Below are positions 12,723 to 24,300 of a DNA stretch of 64,000 nt, one piece after another (positions within the stretch are counted from its first letter, which is position 1; each line of letters starts with the position of its first letter). A program made the position numbers and the translations under genes. Source of the stretch: Nageia nagi (lineage: Eukaryota; Plantae; Pinophyta); assembly GCA_050084985.1 (NCBI GenBank), contig JBITNC010000001.1, forward strand, positions 194,060,001-194,124,000, in the 5' to 3' direction. The notes below the pieces were generated by a model, which made no database searches, was not told the DNA's origin, and saw nothing but the letters and a program-made list of their open reading frames with translations.

Positions 12723-13211
12723 TGAAGGAATTAGATCTAAACTAATCCTCAAGGTCTAAAACTATAGGAAACTTAATCATTCAACATCTACAAGCTAATA
12801 ACACCATTCACACAAGATAACACCAATATAAGTGGTTCCTTCCTCCTTGGGAATACATCCACAACTAGATCTCAATTCTCAAATTATGCACCCTCTTACT
12901 ACAATTCCTTTCTCTCCTACACAAACTAGTAGAGTAATCTTACTCATAATCTAAGTGATATTACAAGAGGAGAGGCCCTCTATTTATAGCATGAGAGCAC
13001 CTCCCTAACCTCCCTTTAACCCAAGGGTAAGGTTAGGGTTACAATAAATATATTACCTAACTTTAACCTACCAACTAACCACTTGGTAAGGTCAAAGTTT
13101 ACATAATAAAGAATTCAATTAATCCCTTAAGGTATCTAAATATCCTTTAAGTGATTAATTGAATTTACAAGGAGTTTAGATATTCATAATATTTCATTAC
13201 AAATTCTAACA
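12723..13211 (-). repeat. Element A 5' LTR
   Basis: Direct repeat of 4334-4822, followed on the minus strand by the PBS. Confidence 0.97.
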
Positions 13212-16200
13212 TTGAGCCATCAAATTCACTACAAAGGTAATATTTGACTTAGAAATAGTCAAATAAAGAAGACTTCCAATTAATTACTTGTAAGTTGTAG
13301 CATCTACTAACTGAGAGTTAGAGCTAAAAAATATAGTGATTCTAGAAGAGACTGGGATTGCAGCATGTCTACACTCTTCCATTCTAAATTTTTGCAAAAT
13401 GTTTGATATATACTTAGATTGACTAAGATAAGTACAATCCTTGTATTGGTATACTCGTATTCTAAGGTAATTATGTAAGAGATCAAGACCAATCATTTCA
13501 AATATTGCCTTAAGTTTGGATATGCATTCTTGAATGATCTCATCATTATTTCTAGTTATTAAAAAATTATCCACATAAAGGAGAATCAAGACCACATCTT
13601 TTTCTTGATTTAGCACATAAATATCGAAGTCAAAAAAGCACTTGGAGAATCCAATGTCTTCAAAATATCTTAAAATATTCTTGTATCAAGCTATAGATGC
13701 TTGCTTAGGTCCATACAATGACTTCTTTAGCTTGCATACAAATAACTTTTTTCCTTCCATAATAAACCGTTCTGATTGATTCATGTAGATTTCCAGATCT
13801 AAGTCACCATTGAGAAATGCACTCTTAATGTCAAGTTGAAAAACTTTCCATCCATCAGCTGCTAAAAGAGTAAGAATTATTCTAACAATAGGCATCTTTA
13901 CCATGAGAGAAAATGTTTCCTCATAATCCACTCATATTTTTGAGCAAAAATTTTAGCTATTGACCTTGCCTTATATTTCTCAATATCCCCAATTGAATTG
14001 AATTTGACCTTGTAGATCCACTTATTTCTAATCACATTCTTCTCGTTAGGATAAGGAATCAAGTCCCAAGTTTTATTTTTCATAAGTGCATCATACTTCA
14101 CTTTCATGGCTTCCATCCAACATTTATGATTTGAAACTTCTTTAAATGATGATGGCTTATTCTTATTATCAATTTTTGCAAATAAAGATTTGTTCAAGGT
14201 CATACTCCTTGTTATCCTTTAAGTTAAAGAATTTTATTCTTGGGATAACTTGTCTATATTAATATCTAACCAGTTAGATGCAAATGATAAGTCATCTAGA
14301 TCATCAACATCTTCATTAGAAATAGATTCTTTAGAAAGATCATTGAACTTTACATCCTTTGATATGAACACTGCTCTATAGGATGGATAGTAGAGCCTAT
14401 AGACTTTATGTTGACTATCATAACCCAAAAAGATGCATTTTTTAACTCTTTTTTTTAACTTTTTTCTTTTCTCAGCAATAATGTAGGAGAATGCTTCACA
14501 ACCAAACACCCTAAGGTGAGAAATATTAGGTTTTATTCCTATCCATGCCTCAAAAGGATTTTTTTCTGCAATGATTTTGTGGAACACCTATTCAAGATGT
14601 AAATTGTAGTGCTCACAAGCTTCACCCCATAAAAAACTAGGAAGATTTTCCAACATGCATCTAGTCATCTCCATAATTATCTTTTTTTTTATAACATCAT
14701 TTTTTTAGGCATGTAAGGAATTGTAAACTACCTTTTGATTCCATACTTAGCACAATTAACATTGAACTCATTACTGTTATATTCGCCCCCATTATCTGAT
14801 CTCAATATCTTAATTTTAAGGTTAGTTTGATTTTCAACTAAGACCTTAAAATCTTTAAAACTCTTAAAGTTTTGATCCTTATGCTCAAATAAATAACCAA
14901 ATATCATCCTACTGAAGTCATTGATGAAGGTCAAGACATATGATGCTACCCCAAGTGATTTAGTTTAAAACAGACCTATTAAATCTGAATGCATAAGCTA
15001 AAGAGGATGAGATGCCCTTGTTGCCTTATCTTTTTCAAACCTTTGTCTATTCATCTTACCTAGGATGCACTTTTCACACAAATCGATTAAAGGTAAAATT
15101 GAAGGCAAACCTTTCATAAGTTCTTGATCTTTTATGAATTGAATACTCGTATGGTTAAGATGTCTTAATCGATGGTGTCAAAGATTTTTTCTAAAGCACA
15201 CATTCGTAGCAAGACACATCTTTGTTAGAACTTGATCCATAATGTAAATATCATATTTCACTGATCCTTTAACCAATGTGGCAAGTCCCTTCTTAATGCA
15301 CTAGGAGTGTGAGTTGAACTCAAATGAGTATCCTTTTCTAGCTACTTGAATCACAAAGAGAAGGTTCATCCTGAGATTAAAAACATAGAGCATATTATGA
15401 AGAACCTTCCCATGAATCAACACACTCCCAATTCTTTAGACTTTAAGGATTGCATTATCACCTATCACAGCTATATTTGTTTTATACTTACAAAAAATTT
15501 CAAAATTATCCTTTTCAAAGCATAGGTGATTAGTGCATCCAAAGTCAACAATTCAATTCGTTGAAGAAGAGTAAGTCATGGAGTAGAGTCCAACAACAAG
15601 TCCAACTTTTATAGTTTTCTTCTCTATGAAGTTCTTTACATTTCCATTACCCATGTTCTTTTCTTCTCTTTTCTTTTTATAGCAATCAAATTCTTTGTGA
15701 CGAAGGATGCCACAAACGTTACAATTTCTATCAAACTTTGCCTTGGGATTTGGTTTACTTATCTTGCCTTTTCTATCTTTTTTTTTGAAGCAGTAATTAT
15801 TATTATTTCCTCTTGTCTCAAACTTTTTAGAAGAATGATAAGATTTTTTTTATGATTGAACTTCTTCTTGAAAGGAGTTTTGGTTGTTGTTAAAGAAATG
15901 TTATTTTCCTTTGGAAAAGAGATCAACACCTTTTTGTTGAGAGTTTTCTCATGCTTTAGGAGCCTTGAAAGGTTCTTAAGAGAGAAGACTTCTTCTTCTT
16001 CATCAATCCTAGTCTCAATGACTATCTCAAAATTATTGAACTTAAAATAAAGGCTTTGAAGAATGATGAATACCATGAACTCATCATTGATCCAATTACA
16101 CCCATAAGAAATAAGTTGGATCTTAAGATTAATAATTTTTTTCAAGTATATTTTAGCATTTTCTTCTTCCCCTTGATGATATTGAAGAAAATTTTGGATA

Positions 16201-16508
16201 ATAGTGAACCTTCTTGAAAATTTATATCCAAAGTAAATTTTCTTGAACCTATCCCAAGCTTCCTTTGCTGAGGTTGATGATAAAATCATAAGAAGCACTT
16301 CATTTGCTAATGCATGAAAAATCATGAAGGTTTCCAATTCATTCTTCGTGTTGTATGTTTCAAGTGTCTTCTCATCTATAGAAGCAACTAAGAACTCATT
16401 AACTATTTTCCAAAGCTTCCTTACCTTCAATTCAACTTTCATCTAAAGTTTTCAAATATCAAAATTGAAACCATCGAGAATGTGTTTGGGTAAGAAGGTG
16501 TCTGCCAT
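13212..16508 (-). pseudogene. copia B gag-pol pseudogene (gag, protease, integrase, RT N-part)
   Basis: ORF fragments contain SAKEAWDRFKK, RSDNGGEY, LRVFGC, QLDIKSAFLNGDL and LYVDN. There are many stops and frameshifts, and it is colinear with element A. Confidence 0.9.
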
Positions 16509-17349
16509 TTGCTACATAAGAATGTGAAAGTGTTAACCAATGTAAGCATGTGGACTAGATTAACCAACTTTACATGTTTAGTTTTAAACATCCATACATG
16601 TTTGAATAAAACAACCATACATTTTAAATTTGATAAAAGGACATATTTAATTTGTTTAAACAAAGTTCACATGTGCAAATGTTTAAAATAGAAACTCATA
16701 ATACATCCCATGTATCCAACACTTTTGTCATCACCAAGTACCATAAATATAGAGGGATAATGTTGAGGCTTATTTTCTTTTTTAAAATTAGGTCTTCATC
16801 TGAATGCTCGTAAAGTAAAGCCTAGGTCCTACCAATCCTCAACTAGTTCGCCTTGGGTAGTAATACACTCTCACATTATTTCTCATACAAAGAAAAACAT
16901 TTAATGCACAAATATTCCAAGAAAAATATGAATACTACCACGGACAATTGACCACAATCACTCACACCCACCCAATGAAAATAAATGATTAAAATAAAAT
17001 TCTATATCTAGGTCAAGCACTATATGATAATGTTTGTTAATATCTCCAAATGGTAACTTATCACCTATTGCCAAGGGATTTGAGAGACAATTGAGGTGTG
17101 ATGGCACCCACATTGAATGTCTCAAGTTCTACTCCCACCTCTTACATTGTTGATATTTGAAAACTCTTGATAGGTCCTGCAAACCAATAGGTTTAAAGGA
17201 TGTTAAGTGTTGACTTTAACTTTATTAGTGTTTCATAAAACATTAGAAAAAATAAATTAATTAAATAAACACATTAAATAAATTACCAAACAAGGAGCAT
17301 ATGTTATCAACTTGGCAATAGCAAACCCTAAAATGAGAATTCATTGTCA

Positions 17350-17605
17350 GTTCGACAACAATGAACCCCACAAGGGGAATCTATTTTTGGCTTGGTAGTA
17401 GCGAACCTTGTAACAAGAATTCGTTGTTAACCAGAAAGCAATGAATCTCGTAGCAGGAATTTGATGTTGGTCAGGCAACAATGAATCTTGCATCAAAAAA
17501 ATTTGATGTCGGCCAAGCAACAACGAATCTCGTAGCAAGAATCCATTATCAGGAAAGCAATAATGAATCTCGCAAGAAGAATCCGTTACAAGTCTGGCAA
17601 CAACT
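17350..17605. repeat. Degenerate tandem repeat of about 40 bp (about 6 units)
   Basis: Recurrent caa(c/t)gaatctcgtagca(a/g)gaat motif. Confidence 0.7.
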
Positions 17606-18591
17606 TTGTTGCCCCAAACTCATGTATTTATCTCTCCTCCCCTTTGTGTAGCTCCTTTAAATGTAGTACTCGAACCCTCTTTTTGTGAATCTCAAGCCTC
17701 AAACTTGTATTGGCAATAGGTAATCCAACTACAAACAAAGGAGAAGTTGAGCGTGTCCATGACATAGTGAGACCGATAAGTAACAAAGTGTGTTTGGATA
17801 GAGTCTAAGATGATGGCTTATAAAGGAAAGCCAAAATTGGAGGATAGTCAAAGTTATGGAAGTGAGCCTATGAATATCTTTCAGAGTGAGGAGGATGTCA
17901 TTCATGGAAGAGAAATTTCCCACCATATCCAAAGCCCGATGAAAGAGGTAAACATAGTTGAGATGGGGTTGAACGCCAAAGGTCTCTAGCAATGACACAC
18001 TCTCAAACTACTAAATGAGACAACGCCATGGTAAAAGAAATTATTGCTTTAGCATTAAAGATGCAAGATGTGGTAAGCAAATCCTTAGAAAAAGCATGTA
18101 TGATCCATGTTGAAATGCAAGGGCGAATTGATGAGCTTGAACTCTAGCTACAAGAGATGTAAACCTGTTAGGATTATTATAGTTTGTTGTCCAAATCCAT
18201 TCACACATCACTAATGTTTAGTTGGTTAAGGTTTTTTTGTTAGAATTATTAAATCATATGGGAAACTCATGTAGACATACCTGAAGGAAATATCAAAGAA
18301 CCAATTGCTAAAATTCAAAATAGAAGGATGAAACCTTTGAGGTGGGTGAGTGCACTAAGATGTTGAAGAACAATTAAAGGAATTTCTCAACTTGAGTTGT
18401 AACTACATATATATTTGAAAATGGACAAAGATTGGTAGGTAACACAAATGTTAAAAGACATCCTTCAATCTATCTATCTACAAATACAAAGGGAATACAA
18501 GTATATTTTTGGATCATAAATATTTCAACTATTACCTAGCTCACATCAATAACTATAATTATAATACAAAAAAAAATGAAGGATTGTTTGT

Positions 18592-18910
18592 GTAAATAAG
18601 ATCATTAACATACAAAAGTACATACCAATTGTAAACTTTCTTTTTTATGTACAAAGTAGAGTTGTTTTTGCTTCAAAAATATGCATAATCCTTTTATATC
18701 ATGCTCTTGGTGCTTGTTTCAACCAATAATATGTTTTTTCATTATGTATATCATGTAAATAAGATCAACATACAAACGTACATACCAAAAGTATACTTGC
18801 TTTTTGATGTAGTAAACTTGTTCTTGCTTCAAAAATGTGTATAATCCTTCAATATTACACCTTTGGTGCTTGCTTCAACCAATAATATGTTCTTCCATCA
18901 TGTAGACCAT
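18592..18910. repeat. Diverged tandem duplication of about 160 bp
   Basis: gtaaataagatca...ttggtgcttg(t/c)ttcaaccaataatatgtt occurs twice. Confidence 0.75.
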
Positions 18911-19488
18911 GTATTATTTGCCTTTTGACCTCAAATACAAATAGTTACTCCACATACAATTATTTATCTATAAATCCATTCAAGAATGTGTTTTCCTCCT
19001 CCAAATGATGAAAATTCATTCTTCATCAATCCCTATACCCAACACCAATCTTATTATACCTTGTATTGCAACTCATGGATATCACATCATAATCAAATTC
19101 CATATTGTAGTGCATAAACTTCAGACTAACCTCATGCTAGGTTCTCACTGGTAACATAACTCACAAACTTAGTGAAATAATCCCATTTAATTTAAATATC
19201 CTTATCATTTAGTATCTTGAAGCTCCCAAGTATCATTGATCTCTATAAAATCAATCTCTTTTTCCCTAACCCTAACCCATTGTTTTTTCCCTAACCCTAA
19301 CCCATTGGTTACTTACCAATCTTTCACAACAATGCATAATTCACCATTTCTTCATTGTCATGCCTAACTTGAATTCTATTCAAGCTCTATTTGAAATTTT
19401 GATCCAACTTTTTTAACTAGATATGCTTGCTTGAGCTCCTCACAGCAGTTCTTGATGTAGACCCACTTGTGCTTGCTCGTGTGTTTTC

Positions 19489-19732
19489 TCCACATGCACA
19501 ATGAATCAAATTTCACAAGATTGGTTGTTTGAATCTAATTTCCTCTTTCCTTTCATTCGCATGCATATAAACCAAGCAACTAAATACTCTCAAACTGTTC
19601 AATGAAAGGTTCCACATGCACAATGAATCAAATTTCACAAGCTTGGTTGTTTGAATCTAATTTCCTCTTTCCTGTCATTCACATGCATATAAACAAAGCA
19701 ACTAAATCCTCCCTAAGTGTTTAATGACAGGT
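19489..19732. repeat. Tandem duplication, 2 x 122 bp
   Basis: tccacatgcacaatgaatcaaatttcacaag...aggt starts at 19489 and again at 19611. Confidence 0.88.
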
Positions 19733-20029
19733 TTCTGACCATATTATGCCTCGTAAGGACTTTGTTCTTCACCATAGGACTCTTGTTCATAATGTATATC
19801 AATGTTATAGCTACTTCGTTCTAATGATATTCAAAATGTTTTTATCCATCTTTATTCTTATTTGATTCTTCCTTTCAGCATGTGATGCATATATAACCAT
19901 CAATGACCTTTTAATCCCATTGAATACATAATAATCATTGAATGCCTTTGATTTATATTCATTTTCTCTACCCACACTAACTATACTCATTTTTTGAACT
20001 CAACTTGAAAGTCTCATTTCCATAGCCAT

Positions 20030-20640
20030 TAAGTGTTCTCCAATGAAGTAGAAAGACACAATATCACCATATATTACTCAAAAGGTTCAACAGAAACATG
20101 TGCAATCATGGAACAATATCTATCATTCTTGCATTTCTCATATATCACACATCAACAAACTGCCCAATTACAGTCCTCAGATTCTTCTCAAACGGGGTGG
20201 ACTATATATATTCAGTTCTCTTTCATCTTCTTTCTTACCAACAATGTGCTTTTGACATTTACTGCAATATCTTATCATCAATAATTTTAGCTTCTCTTGA
20301 TTCATCCATTTCTAGAACCAATCTTATGATTTAAGCATCCAGAAGCTAGGAACCATACATCATTCTTTCCACTTTCAGCCAATATTGGATGAAAAGAAAC
20401 AATACTGGATTGGTCTCCTCTTGATTGTAGTCAATGATACTTATGTCATCTTCCTTGTACTCCTCTTCTTGCATAATGAATATGCCCTCTTGCCATCATT
20501 CACATTCTTCACTCTAAAATCCCTCTTTTAGTGTTCATACCTTTTACAATGATAGCACTGAAAATCGTTTATCAGATGACCTTTCTCTTCATCTACCTTG
20601 TGACTACACTTGCTTTCCCATAATCATGAGAGTAGTCTTT
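20030..20640 (-). mobile_element. Degenerate copia gag/protease fragment just downstream of LSM7
   Basis: Minus strand gives a zinc-knuckle relic (QCYHCKRYEH) and a protease relic (NDVWFLASGCLNH, cf. WFLDSGCSNH). Confidence 0.6.
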
Positions 20641-21244
20641 ATTTGATTGTTCCTCATTCTAATAGGAACCAAATGAGCTTACTCCATATGATACATGACA
20701 TGAAAGAAACTACTCTTCTAATTTCCCATAACATGTCAGGCATGTTGCAACTTCCACAAGAAATGTTTACAGCACATGCTGAACATAAATGGGAGTGACA
20801 GAATACCAAATTTCCCGTGAGTTACATATTTTTCATTTTGTGCTTTGTGATTATTTTCCCAACAATCATCAAGAAAACATACTATTAACAACGTGAAATG
20901 TAATATTCAATATAAAATATAGCACATCATACTGAAGTTGTAGTTGCTATACAGGGCCTAACTTCCTACTAAAATTAATTACTGAGAAATGCTCCATAAA
21001 ATGCACTTCACATTTACCACACATATTGGAACTATGTTTCTGGGAAATGACTATCTAATCTACATAAAAAGTTTCATTTCCAGGCTACTGTCATACAAGA
21101 TTATTGTTGACTGATATTTCAAAGCATTCCTAAACGTAATATGTCTCTTGCTTTGTAATCGTTTGCAAAATGCCAACCACTTTTCCTGAAAATTGACCCA
21201 GATATGTTACAATATCTTTTTTCCTCTAAATACAACGTAGTTTG

Positions 21245-21340
21245 CTATCCTTTTATGGAGTCTGCCTGAACAAACGGATTAGCAATCGCATCAGTTCCGT
21301 CTGTTGGAGCAACAAGCATGACAGCAGTCCCTCTGCAAAC
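21245..21340 (-). CDS. LSM7: LSM7 last coding exon (VCRGTAVMLVAPTDGTDAIANPFVQADSIKG*)
   Basis: tttgacag|GTTTGC...GGATAG; 96 nt; Sm2 motif. Confidence 0.96.
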   Translation of the reverse strand, partial: VCRGTAVMLVAPTDGTDAIANPFVQADSIKG

Positions 21341-24300
21341 CTGTCAAATTTTAGATTATTAGGATAACAATTAAGACAAGGTTGGAAACCTGAAACGGAA
21401 ATAACATTCAACAAAGACATAATATATATTGTCATCCCTACACTTCACTAAAAGAATTGTTTACATTTTTTGTTGTAAAGCTCTGTTGATACAATCTTTC
21501 CAAAAACCATGAAGTTAACAACTTCCTCTGTGGAACTTCAAAGAAGACGGTAAGATTAAGGGACCCTCTGCTAGGATTTCCTAAAATAATAGAGGATGAG
21601 TTTTATGATTGACCGCACTTATAGGGCTTCTGCTGGAAGGGAAACCATTTGGCGAAAAGGTGTGTGACGAGGGATCATGGAAGATATCTTTTCCTCTGAG
21701 TCTACATTTTGGGTTCTTTAGTTGATTCTTTAAACAATTACCCTTGGAGTCAATCTTCAAGATGATGGTAGAGTGAGATAGAGAACATCACAAGCTTCAT
21801 CATTAAAAGCTGACCACATTTTTCTCTCGGTCCCTCATTCCAGAAAATTAAAAAGTTCAACATACTTCCCACCCTAATTTTAACCAAAGAGGCAAACATG
21901 TCTAAAGACATCATATTGATTTCTAAAGCAATGCTTCATGCATGTTTCCATTTTGATATTCTCATGCCACCAACAGACTTGTCACCTGTGTCTATAACTA
22001 GTTTTTCACAGCAGACAAGCTCCTAAAATCTAGAGGAAAGAATCACTCAATTTTTCAGGATATACAACTGAAAGTGGATAAAACACATTAAAATAGAATC
22101 CATACACAATTAATTGCACTTAATGGCAATCTTATCTTTCAGTTTCCCATCTGTAATCATAAGAAAAGAGGAAATACTCTTTCACGTGAAGTAAGAAACC
22201 TCGGAATGAGTGACAAGACCATTACAACTGATGCTAAGATGATCCTTGAGCAAAGTAAGTAACAAATCTCAAATGCAAAGGGAGTGTGCAAGGTATTCAG
22301 CCATTAAACAATATAAAACTTACAGTTTGACTTGAATGAAGTTCTTTACATCAATTCTTTTGTGTGGAGTGTGCAAGAGACACATTGCACATCTTCTGAA
22401 CTGAGATATATTATATTTGTTTGTTAAAGCCAATTTTAATCTTGCTATACTGTACAATGGAGAAAACAAAGTATATTCTCTTCTATTTTCCTACTAGCAT
22501 ACACATATCACAAACTGACCAATACAGGATATTTGAGGTACAAAACTGTTAGAACTTATAATGCATTATTGTGTAAACAACATAGGTATATTGTTTCTAA
22601 TTAATTGAAAATCGAAGGAACATATACAACACCTACGTTAGGAGGAAAAAGATTTTAAATATTTAGTGAAGTAAGAAAATGGTATATAAGAATGGTAATT
22701 GGAAGACTCTCCATCTACCATTCTCATCTAACATAGGGATATGTTTACTCTATGGGCGATGGCATGCCCCTTGGGTAAAAGAGTGAACCAAAGAGGCTTT
22801 TTTTACCTATAAATAGAGGGTCTCCTTCATGTAAGACATACGCTTGTACAAGCAGTATCATGCTACTAGTTTGTTTAGAGATATAGGTTGATAAAAGGGC
22901 TTAAGGAAACATAACAGAAAATAAACTACGAAATAACACTTCCAGATCCAATGTCCAAGCAGAGACATTATGATAGCAAAATGTAGACAGAATAAAGATA
23001 GGAATGGATAACCACAATTACAATATGTTTTTGTGCCTGGTGAGCTTACACCAAGGTTGCCTCCAATAGGGGTTTTTGCGAATGGCTCAAGGGCCTCACC
23101 AATCGTAGCAGAAGCAAGGCCAAGCCCAAGGCTTCCCTACTTCTCTATGATGGAACAATCAGGGTTCCTCTCCCGAATGGCTGGAGTAAGCTCAAGGCTA
23201 GCCTTCAATCACCTCAAGACCTCAAATGTAAATTGCTCCACAAGTGACAAAGAAAGAGTTCTCACACTCAATCTAATAAAAAGGGGTTTAATCATAAATT
23301 CAGCATATCTTGTGTAATCCAGTAGTCCTCCTTATATAGGAGAGGTAGTCCATCTTCTAATCTTGTGTTGAGGTGATCTAACAGTGCATAATGATGATCC
23401 GTGTGCTTATGATGCCAACGTCCAAGATGAAGAGCCTTGGGATGAACGTAATCACATCCAAGAGCCTAGAAATGCAATGTTGGGATGAGGGGCCTTAAGT
23501 GTGTCTCGGTGTCGCTGCTATGCGCTGGGATTCCTCCAGGAAGGTGACGTGGGGCCTAGGAGTGCCCAGATTTCCAACATGGAGGTCAAGTCTCCTCCAG
23601 ATGTCTAACATGGGGCCTGAAATGCCAAATCTATCCAAAGTCCAAGGGTGGTAGTCGTGTGATGTCTCAAGATGCCAAATATCGCTCTTGGAATGCCACG
23701 TCCAATCTTGGAAGCTTTCCTCGTGCCTCATAGTTTGTGTAATCACATAAGGGGGTGCTCTACCTCGAAGAAGGAAGCACTAATCACAAGAGGACCATCT
23801 AATGCCAATTTACAATCATCAAGGCTAAATATGCAATGTCCCATTAATTGGAAACTAATATTGCACTTACAATCTTAATGGCCTCAACATTATTGGCATA
23901 TTAAGGCACTCAACTATACATAATGAACTAAATAAAGGCCCAATGTTCCATAATTAGAGCATTTAACTAAGTCTCTAAGTGGAACATACAATATTTGGCA
24001 GAAAACTACTAAAATAGACAAAATCACTCCTAAACTAATGTTCCCATTTATCAATGGTGAAATGGGGAAAACAAAATAAAAATGGGGACATTACAAGTCT
24101 GACCTTCACAAATTGCTTGTACCCAAGCAATTCGGAACATCCACAGCTGCAGCAAAGTCTTCTTGACCCTTCTCTTTGTCTTCAAAACCATGCATCATGG
24201 AGAGAATGGAATCTTCATACTTTGGTTGCCTTCTGAACTAAACCTAGCTTCCTCTTGGGTTCCATCAATTTGTTTCTGTGAAGGTGGTCAAGCGTAGCTC

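Larger units (their letters stand above)
4334..13211 (-). mobile_element. Full-length Ty1/copia LTR retrotransposon (element A)
   Basis: Two 489-bp LTRs (TGTTAG...CCTTCA on the minus strand) and a 5-bp TSD TTGAG (4329-4333, 13212-13216). It has a tRNA-iMet PBS, a PPT and gag-PR-INT-RT-RH order. Confidence 0.97.
3331..16872 (-). mobile_element. Older Ty1/copia element (element B), interrupted by element A; 5' LTR not seen
   Basis: Degenerate gag (from ATG 16508), protease, integrase and RT run from 16508 to 13212. They continue across the TTGAG target site into RT/RNase H at 4333-3848. An LTR-like segment starting TGAAGGAATT at 3331 resembles element A's LTR end. Confidence 0.85.

Noticed and set aside
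19258-19308. Interstitial telomere
   Set aside because: Only two CCCTAA units within a duplication of about 24 bp; too short.
21253-21435. 60-aa ORF from the track as a gene
   Set aside because: It is an alternative frame overlapping the true LSM7 last exon and intron.
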